Assembly (NCBI GenBank): GCA_963667015.2
Contig: CAXXJJ010000001.1
Span: 2,752,001 to 2,816,000 of the forward strand
From: Desulfatiglandales bacterium
Lineage (GTDB): Bacteria > Desulfobacterota > DSM-4660 > Desulfatiglandales > HGW-15
Length of the DNA: 64,000 nucleotides
Reading direction: 5' to 3'
Below, piece after piece: positions 8,610 through 18,855 of the stretch (positions are counted from its first letter, which is position 1; the number at the start of each line of letters is the position of its first letter). The notes beneath the pieces were generated by a model, which saw only the letters and a program-made list of their open reading frames with translations, ran no database searches and had not been told where the DNA came from. The translations under genes and the position numbers were made by a program.

Positions 8610-9647
8610 ATGGCAAATCAATCGGATAATACAATTAATACATTTGAAGCACTGGTAAGCAATGCAGTTGCTGAACCACTGGTGAAACATATCTATACCG
8701 CAGATCCGGCAGCCCATGTGTTTAACGGCAGGATTTACATCTATCCTTCACACGATATTGATGCTGGGATCCCTGAAAATGATAATGGTGATCATTTCGA
8801 TATGCGAGATTACCATGTGCTTTCCATGGACAGTATCAACGGTGAAGTTACTGATCACGGGGTAGCACTGGCTGTTAAGGATATTCCATGGGCAGGGCGT
8901 CAGCTCTGGGATTCGGATGCCGCCCACAAGAACGGTAAGTATTACCTGTATTTTCCTTTAAAGGATAAGAATGATGTCTTCCGCATAGGCGTAGCCGTAA
9001 GCGATAAACCGGAAGGTCCATTTATTCCGGAGGATGAGCCCATAGAGGGCAGTTTCAGTATTGATCCCTGTGTATTCGAAGATACGGACGGTCAGCATTA
9101 CATGTATTTCGGCGGCATATGGGGCGGGCAGCTGCAGCGCTGGTATAAGGGTGAATATGATCCTGCCGGACCGTTTCCCTCAGCCGATGAACCTGCAATA
9201 CCGCCCTTTGTCGCAAAACTGAGCGATAATATGCTGGAATTTGCCGAAACACCGCGGGCTGTTCAGATAATTGATAAGGCCGGAAACCCTTTGCTTTCCA
9301 GCGACGAAGACCGGCGGTTCTTTGAGGCATCATGGATGCATAAGTACAACGGGAAATACTATTACTCATATTCAACAGGCAATACACACTACCTATGCTA
9401 TGCCACAGGTGAAAATCCCTATGGTCCATTTACCTATGAAGGGAGGATACTTACCCCGGTGATCGGCTGGACTACACATCATTCGATCGTAGAATTCAAA
9501 GGGAAATGGTATCTTTTTCATCATGATTGCACTGTATCGGGAGGAAAAACGCATTTACGCTCTATCAAGGTAAGTGAGTTGAACTATAATGAAGATGGTA
9601 CAATCCAGGTAATTCATCCATATGGCGAATTATCGCCAACCTGGTAA
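8610..9647 (+). CDS. Glycoside hydrolase family 43 (beta-xylosidase/arabinofuranosidase type), no signal peptide
   Basis: YTADPAAHVFNGRIYIYPSHD, SIDP, GGIWGGQLQ, RFFEASWMHKYNG, GWTTHHSIVEF. Confidence 0.93.
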   Translation: MANQSDNTINTFEALVSNAVAEPLVKHIYTADPAAHVFNGRIYIYPSHDIDAGIPENDNGDHFDMRDYHVLSMDSINGEVTDHGVALAVKDIPWAGRQLWDSDAAHKNGKYYLYFPLKDKNDVFRIGVAVSDKPEGPFIPEDEPIEGSFSIDPCVFEDTDGQHYMYFGGIWGGQLQRWYKGEYDPAGPFPSADEPAIPPFVAKLSDNMLEFAETPRAVQIIDKAGNPLLSSDEDRRFFEASWMHKYNGKYYYSYSTGNTHYLCYATGENPYGPFTYEGRILTPVIGWTTHHSIVEFKGKWYLFHHDCTVSGGKTHLRSIKVSELNYNEDGTIQVIHPYGELSPTW

Positions 9648-9701
9648 TTATCTGGTGGGTTTCCGGTTAATGTAAAAGATTTTATAATTTAAGGAGAAAT
9701 A

Positions 9702-10451
9702 ATGGATTTAGGCATAACTGATAAAATTGCACTGATAACAGGAAGTGCACGTGGTATTGGACGGTCGACGGCTGAAAAACTGGCAGAAGAAGGAGCCAAT
9801 ATAGTAATAACCGATATCAATAAAAAGCTGGCAGATGCCACTGCATCCGAAATTGCAGAAAAATATAAAGTGCGGACACTGTCACTTGAACATGATGTTT
9901 CCTCTGAAGAATCTACAAAGAATGTTATTAAGGCGGCAGTGGATCAATTCAAGAGAATAGATATACTTGTAAACAATGCAGGAATTACCAGAGATGCCCG
10001 TTTGATGATCATGAAAAAAGAGGACTGGCAGCTTGTACTGAACATAAATTTAACAGGCGCATTTTTCTGTACAAAGATTGTTTCCAAACAGATGTTAAAA
10101 CAGAGATCCGGTAATATAGTTAACATCGCCAGTGTTGTCGGGATTATGGGTAATATCGGACAGGCTAATTACTCCGCATCAAAAGCAGGTCTGATTGGTC
10201 TGACAAAGACTACTGCAAAGGAATTAGCCGAACGCGGTGTTACTGTGAACGCAATTGCGCCTGGGTATATTCATTCCGATATGACCGAAGAGGTTTCTGA
10301 AGAAGCCACTAAAAGAATGCTGGAAATGATCCCCATGAAAACATATGGGGTTCCGGAAGATGTGGCAAATGCTGTTCTGTTTTTAGTATCAAAACAGGCA
10401 AGATATATTACCGGCCAGGTTATTAATATCGACGGTGGGATGATCATGTAA
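9702..10451 (+). CDS. fabG: 3-oxoacyl-ACP reductase (SDR)
   Basis: TGSARGIG, NNAGITRD, GNIGQANYSASKAG, IDGGM. Confidence 0.9.
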   Translation: MDLGITDKIALITGSARGIGRSTAEKLAEEGANIVITDINKKLADATASEIAEKYKVRTLSLEHDVSSEESTKNVIKAAVDQFKRIDILVNNAGITRDARLMIMKKEDWQLVLNINLTGAFFCTKIVSKQMLKQRSGNIVNIASVVGIMGNIGQANYSASKAGLIGLTKTTAKELAERGVTVNAIAPGYIHSDMTEEVSEEATKRMLEMIPMKTYGVPEDVANAVLFLVSKQARYITGQVINIDGGMIM

Positions 10452-10493
10452 AAGTGGATCTCCGGCAGGTTCAAATGGAAATGTCTTATTCTT

Positions 10494-10557
10494 TTTTCAA
10501 ATCATCCAACTTTTGTTATAATGTCAAATTAACACACAGAAATGGATGATTTGAAAA
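10494..10557 (+). promoter_or_regulatory. Promoter enclosed by a perfect 15-bp inverted repeat (probable GntR/FadR autoregulatory site)
   Basis: TTTTCAAATCATCCA-N34-TGGATGATTTGAAAA with TGnTATAAT (TATAAT at 10517) in the spacer. Confidence 0.6.
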
Positions 10558-10622
10558 TTCTTTTAAGTAGACTGTTTTTCCGGCAATAGAATAACTGAAG
10601 CTAATGCTGAAAGGGGAAGAAA

Positions 10623-11399
10623 ATGTCTGATACTAAAAAAACAAAAAGCTCAGCCGATACCTATGGAAATGCTGCTAATAAAATAAAAGAAGCTATTCTT
10701 TCAGGCAAGTTTAAAACCGGCAAAAAGTTACCTGGTCCTGCAGAACTTGCCAAGCGGTTTGGCGTGAGTAGATCTGAGATTAATGAAGGCATTAAGGTTT
10801 TGGTGTCCAATGGCTTTCTTGAAAAAAAGAAAGGCATCAGAGGAACCTTTGTGCGCAAGTTTTACAAGTTGCCCCTGATGGAAAATATCACCGATCTTGT
10901 CAGATACAGGCGAGTAAAGGTGGACGATCTCGCAAAGGCAAGGCTTCTTCTTGAACCCGAAGTCTGCAGGCTTGTAGCTCAAAAGGCATCTCCAAAAGCT
11001 CTTAAAGAGCTACAGGACCTTATTGATTCCTATGCTCATGTAAAAACAAGAGACGAACTGGATCCATTATATGCAAAGTTTCACAGAATAGTCGGCAGAT
11101 CCTGCGGGAATCAGATATACTCCATTATAATGGAAAATATAATGGATTTTACTGAGAGCTTCATCAGAACCATGAAACCTGTAACCACTATTATACATAA
11201 TGAAAGGGATCATGATGAAATCATGGAGGCCTTCAGGCAGAGAGATTCTGAAAAGGCTGCTGAGGTGGGAACAAGGCATGCGATGGATATTTTAAGGGAA
11301 ATGAAAAAGCTTGAAGATATCTATCTTGAATTGCTGGGAAGCAATATTCTGGATCCTTACCTTGAGGAGGGTAATGAAGAAGATACTTATGAGGAGTAA
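10623..11399 (+). CDS. GntR/FadR family regulator
   Basis: ELAKRFGVSR wHTH; FCD domain (ARLLLEP, FH..VGRSCGN). Confidence 0.92.
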   Translation: MSDTKKTKSSADTYGNAANKIKEAILSGKFKTGKKLPGPAELAKRFGVSRSEINEGIKVLVSNGFLEKKKGIRGTFVRKFYKLPLMENITDLVRYRRVKVDDLAKARLLLEPEVCRLVAQKASPKALKELQDLIDSYAHVKTRDELDPLYAKFHRIVGRSCGNQIYSIIMENIMDFTESFIRTMKPVTTIIHNERDHDEIMEAFRQRDSEKAAEVGTRHAMDILREMKKLEDIYLELLGSNILDPYLEEGNEEDTYEE

Positions 11400-11423
11400 A
11401 TCTGTCTGATATTTATTTTACAT

Positions 11424-11457
11424 AAAAAAACGGGGTTAATCTGACCCCGTTCTTTTC
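11424..11457. terminator. Bidirectional-type intrinsic terminator
   Basis: AAAAAAACGGGGTT-AATCT-GACCCCGTTCTTTT. Confidence 0.7.
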
Positions 11458-11710
11458 AACACTATTACATCGTGGAATAATACACTTTCATACTTCCTTC
11501 TTAATGCAGATTCTGGCTTAAAGCTGCCGCCCATTCCGGAAATAACCTGCCAGTGATTCTGGTTTAAACCTGCCACCCATTCCGGAAAATAGTTTACCAC
11601 TTTTTATAATATTTCCGGAATCCAAAAACTAACCCAAGCTCCATCCTTTTCCTATTAAAAATTGAACTAATATCTTCTCGAAAAAATAGATTTCGGAAGA
11701 GGAGATATTA

Positions 11711-13258
11711 ATGGGACGGAAGAGGATTAGCATGAAGAAAATTAGAGATATTATACGATTAAAAGAAACCGGTGACTTAAGTGAAAGAAAGATAGCTAAA
11801 GCACTTGATATATCCAGGCCGGTAGTTTCTCAGTATATTAGTGATTTCAGATCATGTGGGCTTACATATGAAAGTGTCAAAACTATTCCTGACAGCCAAC
11901 TTCTAGAAAAGCTTCAAAGCAAGAAGATAAAAAAGTCTGCAAAATATGAGGCCCTTGCCAGTAAGTTTCCCTGGTTTGTAGAAGAGCTCAAAAGAACCGG
12001 GGTAACCCTGTTGACACTATGGGAAGAGTACCAAAAAGAGCATCCTGACGGTTACAGTTATTCCCAGTTCTGTTATCATTTTCAGGTATGGAAGAATGCA
12101 TCTAAACTCACCATGCATATCGACCATAAAGCAGGGGATAAGATGTTTGTTGACTATGCAGGTAATAAGCTCTCAACCGTTGATCGGAAAACCGGTGAGA
12201 TTATCCCTGTGGAAGTATTTGTGGCTATCCTCGGCGCCAGCCAGTTAACCTATGTTGAAGCATCTAAAAGCCAGAGAACCGAAGACTGGATCAGGTCCAA
12301 TGAGAACGCATTCCTGTACTTTGGGGGTGTCACTCAAGCTATTGTGCCGGATAACCTCAAGTCCGGTGTGACCAGCAGCAACAAGTATGAACCCAAAATA
12401 AATTTTATGTTTGAGGATTTTGCAGACCACTACAATACTGTTGTCCTCCCCGCACGTGTTCGTAAACCACAGGATAAGGCACTTGTAGAAAATGCCGTAA
12501 GACTAATCTACCAGAGGATATATGCTCCACTCAGAAACAAGACTTTTTTCTCCCTGGAAGAACTTAATGAGTCTATTTGGGAGTTACTTAAAAAACATAA
12601 CAACACTCATTTTCAACGTCTAAAAGCTTCCAGAAGAGAGCTATTTGAAAGGATAGAGAAAGAAATCCTCAAGCCTCTTCCCAAAGAAAAATATACTATA
12701 AAAGAGTGCAAGGAACTTACAGTCCAGTTTAATTATCATATCGAACTGAGAGAAGATTATCATTATTACAGCGTGCCATGGCAGCTAAAAGGAAAGCGTG
12801 TCCGTGTCATATACGACGAAAGGAATGTAGCCATATATTATGATAATGTAAGAATCGTCCAGCATCGCAGAGATTACACTCCAAATGACTATACAACGCT
12901 TCACACACATATGCCGCCTGAACACAGGCATCATGCAACATGGGACTCCGACCGTTTCATTCGGTGGGCGAAGTCCATTGGCAATAACACAGAAGACGTA
13001 ATTAAAAATGTTTTAAAAAGCCGAAAACACCCTGAACAGGCTTTTAAAGCCTGTATGGGTATCCTTAATCTTGTTAAAAAATATGGATCAGAAAGACTGG
13101 ATAAGGCTTGTGCAAGAGCCCTTCACTTTGGATTTTTTTCTTATAAACGGATAAAAAATATACTCGATAGAGGCTTGGAAAAAGACACTCTTACTGAGCA
13201 GAAAGAACTTTTTATAGCTTCCCATAAAAATCTTCGTGGAAGTGGGTATTATAAATAA
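11711..13258 (+). CDS. istA: IS21 transposase
   Basis: N-terminal HTH; VDYAG, VPDNLK, KPQDKALVE DDE motifs. Confidence 0.95.
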   Translation: MGRKRISMKKIRDIIRLKETGDLSERKIAKALDISRPVVSQYISDFRSCGLTYESVKTIPDSQLLEKLQSKKIKKSAKYEALASKFPWFVEELKRTGVTLLTLWEEYQKEHPDGYSYSQFCYHFQVWKNASKLTMHIDHKAGDKMFVDYAGNKLSTVDRKTGEIIPVEVFVAILGASQLTYVEASKSQRTEDWIRSNENAFLYFGGVTQAIVPDNLKSGVTSSNKYEPKINFMFEDFADHYNTVVLPARVRKPQDKALVENAVRLIYQRIYAPLRNKTFFSLEELNESIWELLKKHNNTHFQRLKASRRELFERIEKEILKPLPKEKYTIKECKELTVQFNYHIELREDYHYYSVPWQLKGKRVRVIYDERNVAIYYDNVRIVQHRRDYTPNDYTTLHTHMPPEHRHHATWDSDRFIRWAKSIGNNTEDVIKNVLKSRKHPEQAFKACMGILNLVKKYGSERLDKACARALHFGFFSYKRIKNILDRGLEKDTLTEQKELFIASHKNLRGSGYYK

Positions 13259-13269
13259 AGGAGATAAAC

Positions 13270-14007
13270 ATGAATAATAATCAGGCAACATTACAAAAAC
13301 TAAATCAAATGAAACTCTATGGTATGGCAAGAGCATATACCACCTCTATGGAGGTTGGCGGTAAAAACCAGTTCACTTTAGATGAGTTACTTTCTCACCT
13401 GGTAGATGCTGAGTGGGATGACCGTCATAATAGAAAACTAACACGTCTCTTAAAAGGAGCAAGGTTTCGGTATAATGCCTCTTTTGAAGAGATTGACTTC
13501 TCATTAGACAGGGAACTCGATAAAAACAAAATGCTTCGGCTTTCAACCTGCCAATGGATAGAATCCCATCAAGATTGTATCCTGACAGGCCCAACGGGTG
13601 CCGGAAAAAGTTTTATCGCTTCAGCTTTAGGACACCAGGCTTGTATGCATGGTTTTAAAGTACTTTATTATTCTTCTTCAAAAATGTTTTCTCATTTAAA
13701 ATTTTCCAAGGCTGATGGCAGTTATCTCAAAGAGCTTAATAAAATATTAAAAATGGATGTCCTTATTTTGGATGACTTTGGAGTTGAACCCCTTGATGCC
13801 AAAAGCCGGCTTTCTCTTTTGGAAATACTGGAGGATCGTCATGGACGGCGATCATCCATTTTTGTTTCTCAACTGCCAGTCTGCGACTGGCACCAAATTA
13901 TAGGTGATCCAACTATTGCTGATGCTATTTGTGACCGGATCATTCATAATGCTCATAGAATAGAATTAAAAGGAGATTCTTTAAGAAAAAAATACTCAAA
14001 TATTTGA
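13270..14007 (+). CDS. istB: IS21 AAA+ helper ATPase
   Basis: Walker A GPTGAGKS, Walker B LILDDFG, ADAICDR. Confidence 0.95.
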   Translation: MNNNQATLQKLNQMKLYGMARAYTTSMEVGGKNQFTLDELLSHLVDAEWDDRHNRKLTRLLKGARFRYNASFEEIDFSLDRELDKNKMLRLSTCQWIESHQDCILTGPTGAGKSFIASALGHQACMHGFKVLYYSSSKMFSHLKFSKADGSYLKELNKILKMDVLILDDFGVEPLDAKSRLSLLEILEDRHGRRSSIFVSQLPVCDWHQIIGDPTIADAICDRIIHNAHRIELKGDSLRKKYSNI

Positions 14008-14130
14008 CGCAAACCTGCCACTTTTGGTATTGCTGTCAAATAGGAATTGGATGGGGTGTTGAGTGGCAACTTATTTCCGGAATCAGTGGCAGTTTTTCCC
14101 GGAATCTGCATTAACTTCAGATAAAACCTT

Positions 14131-15345
14131 TTATAAGGCAAGCACCTTTTCTGCAAGTTCCTGACCGCGGTCATAGGCCAGTTTCTTATCATCTTCGTCC
14201 GGGGCTCCCTGAAACTCGACCGGTTCCAGGAAGTCCCATTTCAGGTTTTTTGTCAGTTCATCCAGTTGTTTTTGTGCGCCACCCGACCAGCCAAAAGAGC
14301 CGAATCTGAAAACCTTTTTATTCTTGACGTGACTCCTGTCAAAGATATCCAGGACATGGGCCATGGGGGGAAACATTCTGTATTCATAGGTAGGCATCCC
14401 AAGGACAAGACCGGCGGATTTCCAGGCAGATGCCAGGACATAGGATGCATGCTCCTGCGGCACCCTGTGCATCGTAATGGGGACGTTTTTACTCTCGATA
14501 CCTTTTAGTACATGTTCAAGAAGCTGTTCGGTGTTGCCGTACATGCTGGACCAGATAACAGCGATCTCTTTTTCTGCCGGACCGTTCATATAGCCGGTAA
14601 ATTTCTGATAACGTTCAATTATTTCACCCGGGTTTTTCCGGTAGATGATACCGTGGGAAGGGGCGACTACATTTATTTTAAAACCTGCGAATTTCTGTAT
14701 CGCCTTCTCAACAGCAAAGGAAAATGTTGAAACGATATTCGAATAATAGCGGAGTGATTCGTCATAAAAAAAATTTTTCTCTTCCTCCGATAGCTGATCA
14801 TCGAATGCGGCATCCTTTACGCTTCCGAAAGAACCAAATGCATCGCATGAAAACAGGACACCGGAATGCACTTCATAGGTCATCATGGTTTCCGGCCAGT
14901 GCACATTGGGTGTTTCTTCAAACTGTATCACAAGGTTTTTACCCAGATCCAGTGTTTCGCCGGATTCTATAGCATGGAGATTATTTTCAATTCCATAAAA
15001 CGCTTTGAAAAGGGGCACGGCTTTTTTAGTGGTAAAGATCTTTAACTCTGTGTTCTGCTGAATGAATTCTTTCATCCAACCAGTGTGGTCGGGTTCCATA
15101 TGGTTGACAATGAGATAATCAATATCGGACATGGCAACTGAAATCGAATCCAACTGGTCCTTCATTTTTACAGGGGCACCTTCCCAGTCTTTAACCAGGT
15201 CAATTAATGCTATTTTATCTCCGGTCACCAGATAGGAGTTAAGCGATACACCGTCGGGAATCGGCCAGATTCCTTCGAACAGATCTGCATTTTCAATATT
15301 CGCACTTATTCTATATATGTTTTCGGCTATTCTAACAGCTTGCAT
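14131..15345 (-). CDS. Flavodiiron protein (FprA/A-type flavoprotein)
   Basis: NHMEPDH, HWPE, SCDAFG, PSHG and flavodoxin SMYGNT; start placed at MQAVRI after AAGGAG. Confidence 0.93.
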   Translation of the reverse strand: MQAVRIAENIYRISANIENADLFEGIWPIPDGVSLNSYLVTGDKIALIDLVKDWEGAPVKMKDQLDSISVAMSDIDYLIVNHMEPDHTGWMKEFIQQNTELKIFTTKKAVPLFKAFYGIENNLHAIESGETLDLGKNLVIQFEETPNVHWPETMMTYEVHSGVLFSCDAFGSFGSVKDAAFDDQLSEEEKNFFYDESLRYYSNIVSTFSFAVEKAIQKFAGFKINVVAPSHGIIYRKNPGEIIERYQKFTGYMNGPAEKEIAVIWSSMYGNTEQLLEHVLKGIESKNVPITMHRVPQEHASYVLASAWKSAGLVLGMPTYEYRMFPPMAHVLDIFDRSHVKNKKVFRFGSFGWSGGAQKQLDELTKNLKWDFLEPVEFQGAPDEDDKKLAYDRGQELAEKVLAL

Positions 15346-15593
15346 GAAATACTCCTTTCCTTTCAATATATAATGATAAATAGGCACTAAAAATGGATTT
15401 ACATGTATACACATTCTACATTTTTAAGGTATCTTATAAATAATAAAGCATAAACCGGAAATCTACCAGTGATAAATAAAAAGACAAAGATATTTCCTTC
15501 TTTTCTTTGAAACACGTGTATGTTACATAAAATTATATAAAATATTACTAAGCTAACAGGAGCCTCCCTGGCTCTTTAAATTGAGATGATAAA

Positions 15594-16904
15594 ATGGAAA
15601 GATTCCTTATTATAGCGTTTTCAGCAGCTGTTGGGACCGTTTTTTTTATATGGTTTTCACGGGCTGTTAAAAATAAGCCATCCATGCGCGAATATATCTT
15701 GTCACACCAGTGGCTGCTTCACCCAAATTCAATCTGCTACTGGCGAACAGCCATGGCAATCCTTGGTTTTGTTCTGTATTTTTATAGTACCAGCCAGCCC
15801 TATCAGGCTATTGCCATATTTATCTTTACTTTTGCGGCCATCCTTGATGGAGTGGACGGCGTAGTGGCAAGGGGGTGCAATTTAGGGTCTCGCTGGGGTG
15901 AGTGGCTGGATCCCATGTGTGATAAACTGACCTATCTGCCCCCATTGATTGGATTTGCATATACCGATATGCTTTCTATAAAACTGGTCTGGATACTGAC
16001 ATTTATTGAATTTGTAGGCCAGTTCTTTGCACGAAAAATACTTGGCTGGCTCGGATATTCGGGGGCGGCCAACAATTTTGGCAAGATAAAGGCAATTATC
16101 TGCTTCGCTCTTGTTATACTGTGTGCCCTGATGGATAAAAACCCGGGACTGATCAACGCCGGACATGCCAACAGTATCCTTATGGCCTGTATTGTCCTGT
16201 CATCGGCATCCGTTGTCTTCAAGTTTATCCCCAACCGTCTCTATGCAGATATCCTCTCGGGGCTTAACTTTATCTGCGGTGTGACCAGTCTTGTCATGAC
16301 ATATAATCATCATTTTGTCTGGGCCATCTGTGTCATCATAATGGGTCAGCTTTTTGATCTGTTTGACGGACGTATGGCATTAAAACATGGCGGAACCAGG
16401 GTTGGTCCATATATGGATGATATTGCTGATTTTGTCAGCTTTGGTCTGGCGCCCGCCTATGTGGTTGTGCAAAAAGGAGGTTTTCTGGCATGGTATATCG
16501 CTGTAGTCTTTATTCTCGCTGTGGCCTTCCGTCTCATTCGGTTTGTTGCAAAGGATAAAAAGCGGACTGATCTGCCAGCGGGTATATTCAACGGGCTCCC
16601 CAGTCCTGCAGGCGCTTTGATTGTTCTGGGTGCGTCTCTTGTCTCAACACAGGGAATATTGTGGGGGCTTACCGGTGTCTCTGTTGCCCTCATGGTGAGT
16701 CATATCAGGTTTGCCCATTTTGGGCGGGTTATCCTTAAGCAGATTCCCAAGCCGGTTTTCTTTGTTTTCAGTGCAGCAGTTATTGTCACCCTATCTTATA
16801 TTTTAAAGACAAGAAGTGTTCAGATGTTTGGATATCTGATCCTGGGGGCAATTCTGGTCTATATAATTACAGGAATTTTAGTGGGGAAAAGAGCTACCCT
16901 ATAA
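15594..16904 (+). CDS. Tandem two-domain CDP-alcohol phosphatidyltransferase (PgsA-like plus PssA-like)
   Basis: Two D..DG..A...G...D...D motifs; FNGLPSPAG in domain 2. Confidence 0.85.
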   Translation: MERFLIIAFSAAVGTVFFIWFSRAVKNKPSMREYILSHQWLLHPNSICYWRTAMAILGFVLYFYSTSQPYQAIAIFIFTFAAILDGVDGVVARGCNLGSRWGEWLDPMCDKLTYLPPLIGFAYTDMLSIKLVWILTFIEFVGQFFARKILGWLGYSGAANNFGKIKAIICFALVILCALMDKNPGLINAGHANSILMACIVLSSASVVFKFIPNRLYADILSGLNFICGVTSLVMTYNHHFVWAICVIIMGQLFDLFDGRMALKHGGTRVGPYMDDIADFVSFGLAPAYVVVQKGGFLAWYIAVVFILAVAFRLIRFVAKDKKRTDLPAGIFNGLPSPAGALIVLGASLVSTQGILWGLTGVSVALMVSHIRFAHFGRVILKQIPKPVFFVFSAAVIVTLSYILKTRSVQMFGYLILGAILVYIITGILVGKRATL

Positions 16905-17192
16905 GCCTTTCAATATACTCCTAAAGAAAACTTTCACCACATGTAAGACCTTTCAGGGATCTTTATTCGTATTCATACATTTAGGCCTGTAATGTTTGAC
17001 AGGTTTTTACTCATCCTGCACCTGTTTTAATGATGCGTGCCACGTCCATCTATCGGTAAATCCGAATGTATTTATGAATTCTATTAAATAAACCAATTTG
17101 ACACAATTCCCAGCCCCGTAGTATGAATTTAATTACATTTCTATTGCGGGGATCTGAATGGTACATGGTTTATCAGCAAAGAGAGCAAGAAC

Positions 17193-18059
17193 ATGAAAGA
17201 CAATAAAAAACATAATGAAAATCACCTGAGCAGGAGAGATTTTCTCACAACTGCTGCAAGTGCTGCAGTGGCAACTGCTATTCCTTATGCACTCTCAGCT
17301 AAAGAATTTAAACAGAACACTCTCCAGGTATGGTCATGCGGAGGGCTGGCTGAAGCCTTTATACCTGCTAATAAAAGGTTTAAGGAAAAAACAGGAGTTG
17401 AAATTGCCTATACCGGGGCATTTGCCGCTGCGCTGGGCAAATCCCTCCTCGGGAGTGCAACGACTGAAGTTTTTGCCGGCAGGGTACTGGATCTTGCAAA
17501 AAAATTGCGGGGTGCAGATAAAATGGTCTCATTTAAGCCCCTGTGCTTTACCAGTTATCTACTTGTTACGCCAAAGGGAAACCCTGCAGGAATAACCGGA
17601 ATAGAGGACATTACCAAACCTGGGGTAAGGGTTATTCTTTCACCGGACGCATCTCCTCCCGGGGGTTCTGCAGTAACCGGACTTTTAAAGAAAGCGGGAG
17701 TTGTAGAAGGAGCCATGAAGAATTGTGTCATAAAAAGCAGCTGCGTGCAGCGTGCAATGAAGGACCTGATTTCAGGCAGGGGCGATGTCTCTGTTGTTGA
17801 AAAGAGAGTTACCCGGATGAAGATGTTTGAGGATAAATTCGAGATTATTACAATTCCCGATAAATTTTTCCCACCGCCTCCGCTCACATTTACAATAGGT
17901 ATGATGAAGGATGCAAGAGACCCCGAACTGGCTGACTGCTATATTGATTTTATCCGCAGTGAAGAGGGACAGGGTTTTTTCGAAGCTGCCGGATTTATAC
18001 CTGCGATATCAGATGAAGGCAGGAATCTAACCGAAAAACTGGGGGTAAAAGATGTCTGA
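17193..18059 (+). CDS. Tat-exported ModA-fold substrate-binding-like protein with several Cys
   Basis: SRRDFL twin-arginine signal; PKGNPAGI ModA-like motif; WSCGG, PLCF, SSCVQ. Confidence 0.8.
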   Translation: MKDNKKHNENHLSRRDFLTTAASAAVATAIPYALSAKEFKQNTLQVWSCGGLAEAFIPANKRFKEKTGVEIAYTGAFAAALGKSLLGSATTEVFAGRVLDLAKKLRGADKMVSFKPLCFTSYLLVTPKGNPAGITGIEDITKPGVRVILSPDASPPGGSAVTGLLKKAGVVEGAMKNCVIKSSCVQRAMKDLISGRGDVSVVEKRVTRMKMFEDKFEIITIPDKFFPPPPLTFTIGMMKDARDPELADCYIDFIRSEEGQGFFEAAGFIPAISDEGRNLTEKLGVKDV

Positions 18060-18855
18060 TTCTGGTCAAACTGTAATACAGGAAAAAATACTGACAAATA
18101 AAAAAGAAGTTTCCGGATCTTTTGTGTGGTGGAGGCGATTAACCCAGCTGATAATTTTAGGAGTAATGGGGCAATGGTCATTCTACGGAATCTTCAGATG
18201 CCCGTTTATTGTCCCATATGTAAGCTGTCAGAATTGCCCGGTCGTTACCTGTCATGGCAGGCTTTTTACAATGTTCTGGGGATTCTGGCTCCTGCTACCT
18301 GTTTCGGTAATCCTGTTCGGAAGGGCCTTTTGCGGATGGGCATGTCCCGGTGGACTTATTAACCAGTTATTTGGGTTGGCCGCGCCATTAAAACTAAGGT
18401 TCAGGAATGCCTTAACCTCCATCCTTCCATATTTCAAATATATCGCCCTGCTGCTCGCGCTGTATGCCTATTTTATAATGATGCAGCCAAGGGTGGCTGT
18501 GCCCATACGTATCGGTGATTTTTTCAATTCAGTATCTCTTACCTTTGAACATGCCGACCTGATATGGATTGTAAGAACTTTTATAGTGCTGGGGCTACTT
18601 GCTTCAGGTCTCATTGTCGCGAATGCATGGTGCAGATTTGCCTGCCCGATCGGGGGCATACTCGATGCCTTTAAAAACATATCTGTTTTCAGGGTATATA
18701 TGACAGATGCATGCAATGACTGTAACAAATGCCTTAATGTATGCCATATGGGAACGCGTCCGGCTGAGAAAAACTGTACAAACTGCTGTGACTGTATATC
18801 TGTATGTCCTCAGGATGCTATAAAAACAGGACACAGAAAAAGACGAAAGAGATAA
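18052..18855 (+). CDS. NapH/MauN-type membrane 4Fe-4S-binding protein
   Basis: GRAFCGWACPGG, WCRFACPIG, two CxxCxxCxxxC motifs. Confidence 0.88.
   Translation: MSDSGQTVIQEKILTNKKEVSGSFVWWRRLTQLIILGVMGQWSFYGIFRCPFIVPYVSCQNCPVVTCHGRLFTMFWGFWLLLPVSVILFGRAFCGWACPGGLINQLFGLAAPLKLRFRNALTSILPYFKYIALLLALYAYFIMMQPRVAVPIRIGDFFNSVSLTFEHADLIWIVRTFIVLGLLASGLIVANAWCRFACPIGGILDAFKNISVFRVYMTDACNDCNKCLNVCHMGTRPAEKNCTNCCDCISVCPQDAIKTGHRKRRKR

Larger units (their letters stand above)
11505..14110 (+). mobile_element. IS21 family insertion sequence, apparently intact
   Basis: TG...CA ends (TGCAGATTC / GAATCTGCA), repeated subterminal TGCCAC..ATTCCGG motifs at both ends, TTAA on both flanks, istA and istB inside. 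Confidence 0.95.

Noticed and set aside
11505..11602. Short repeats resembling a CRISPR array
   Set aside because: They are IS21 subterminal repeats mirrored at the right end; there are no unique spacers or cas genes.
17027..17042. TGGCACG on the minus strand as a sigma54 promoter
   Set aside because: No GC at the -12 position.
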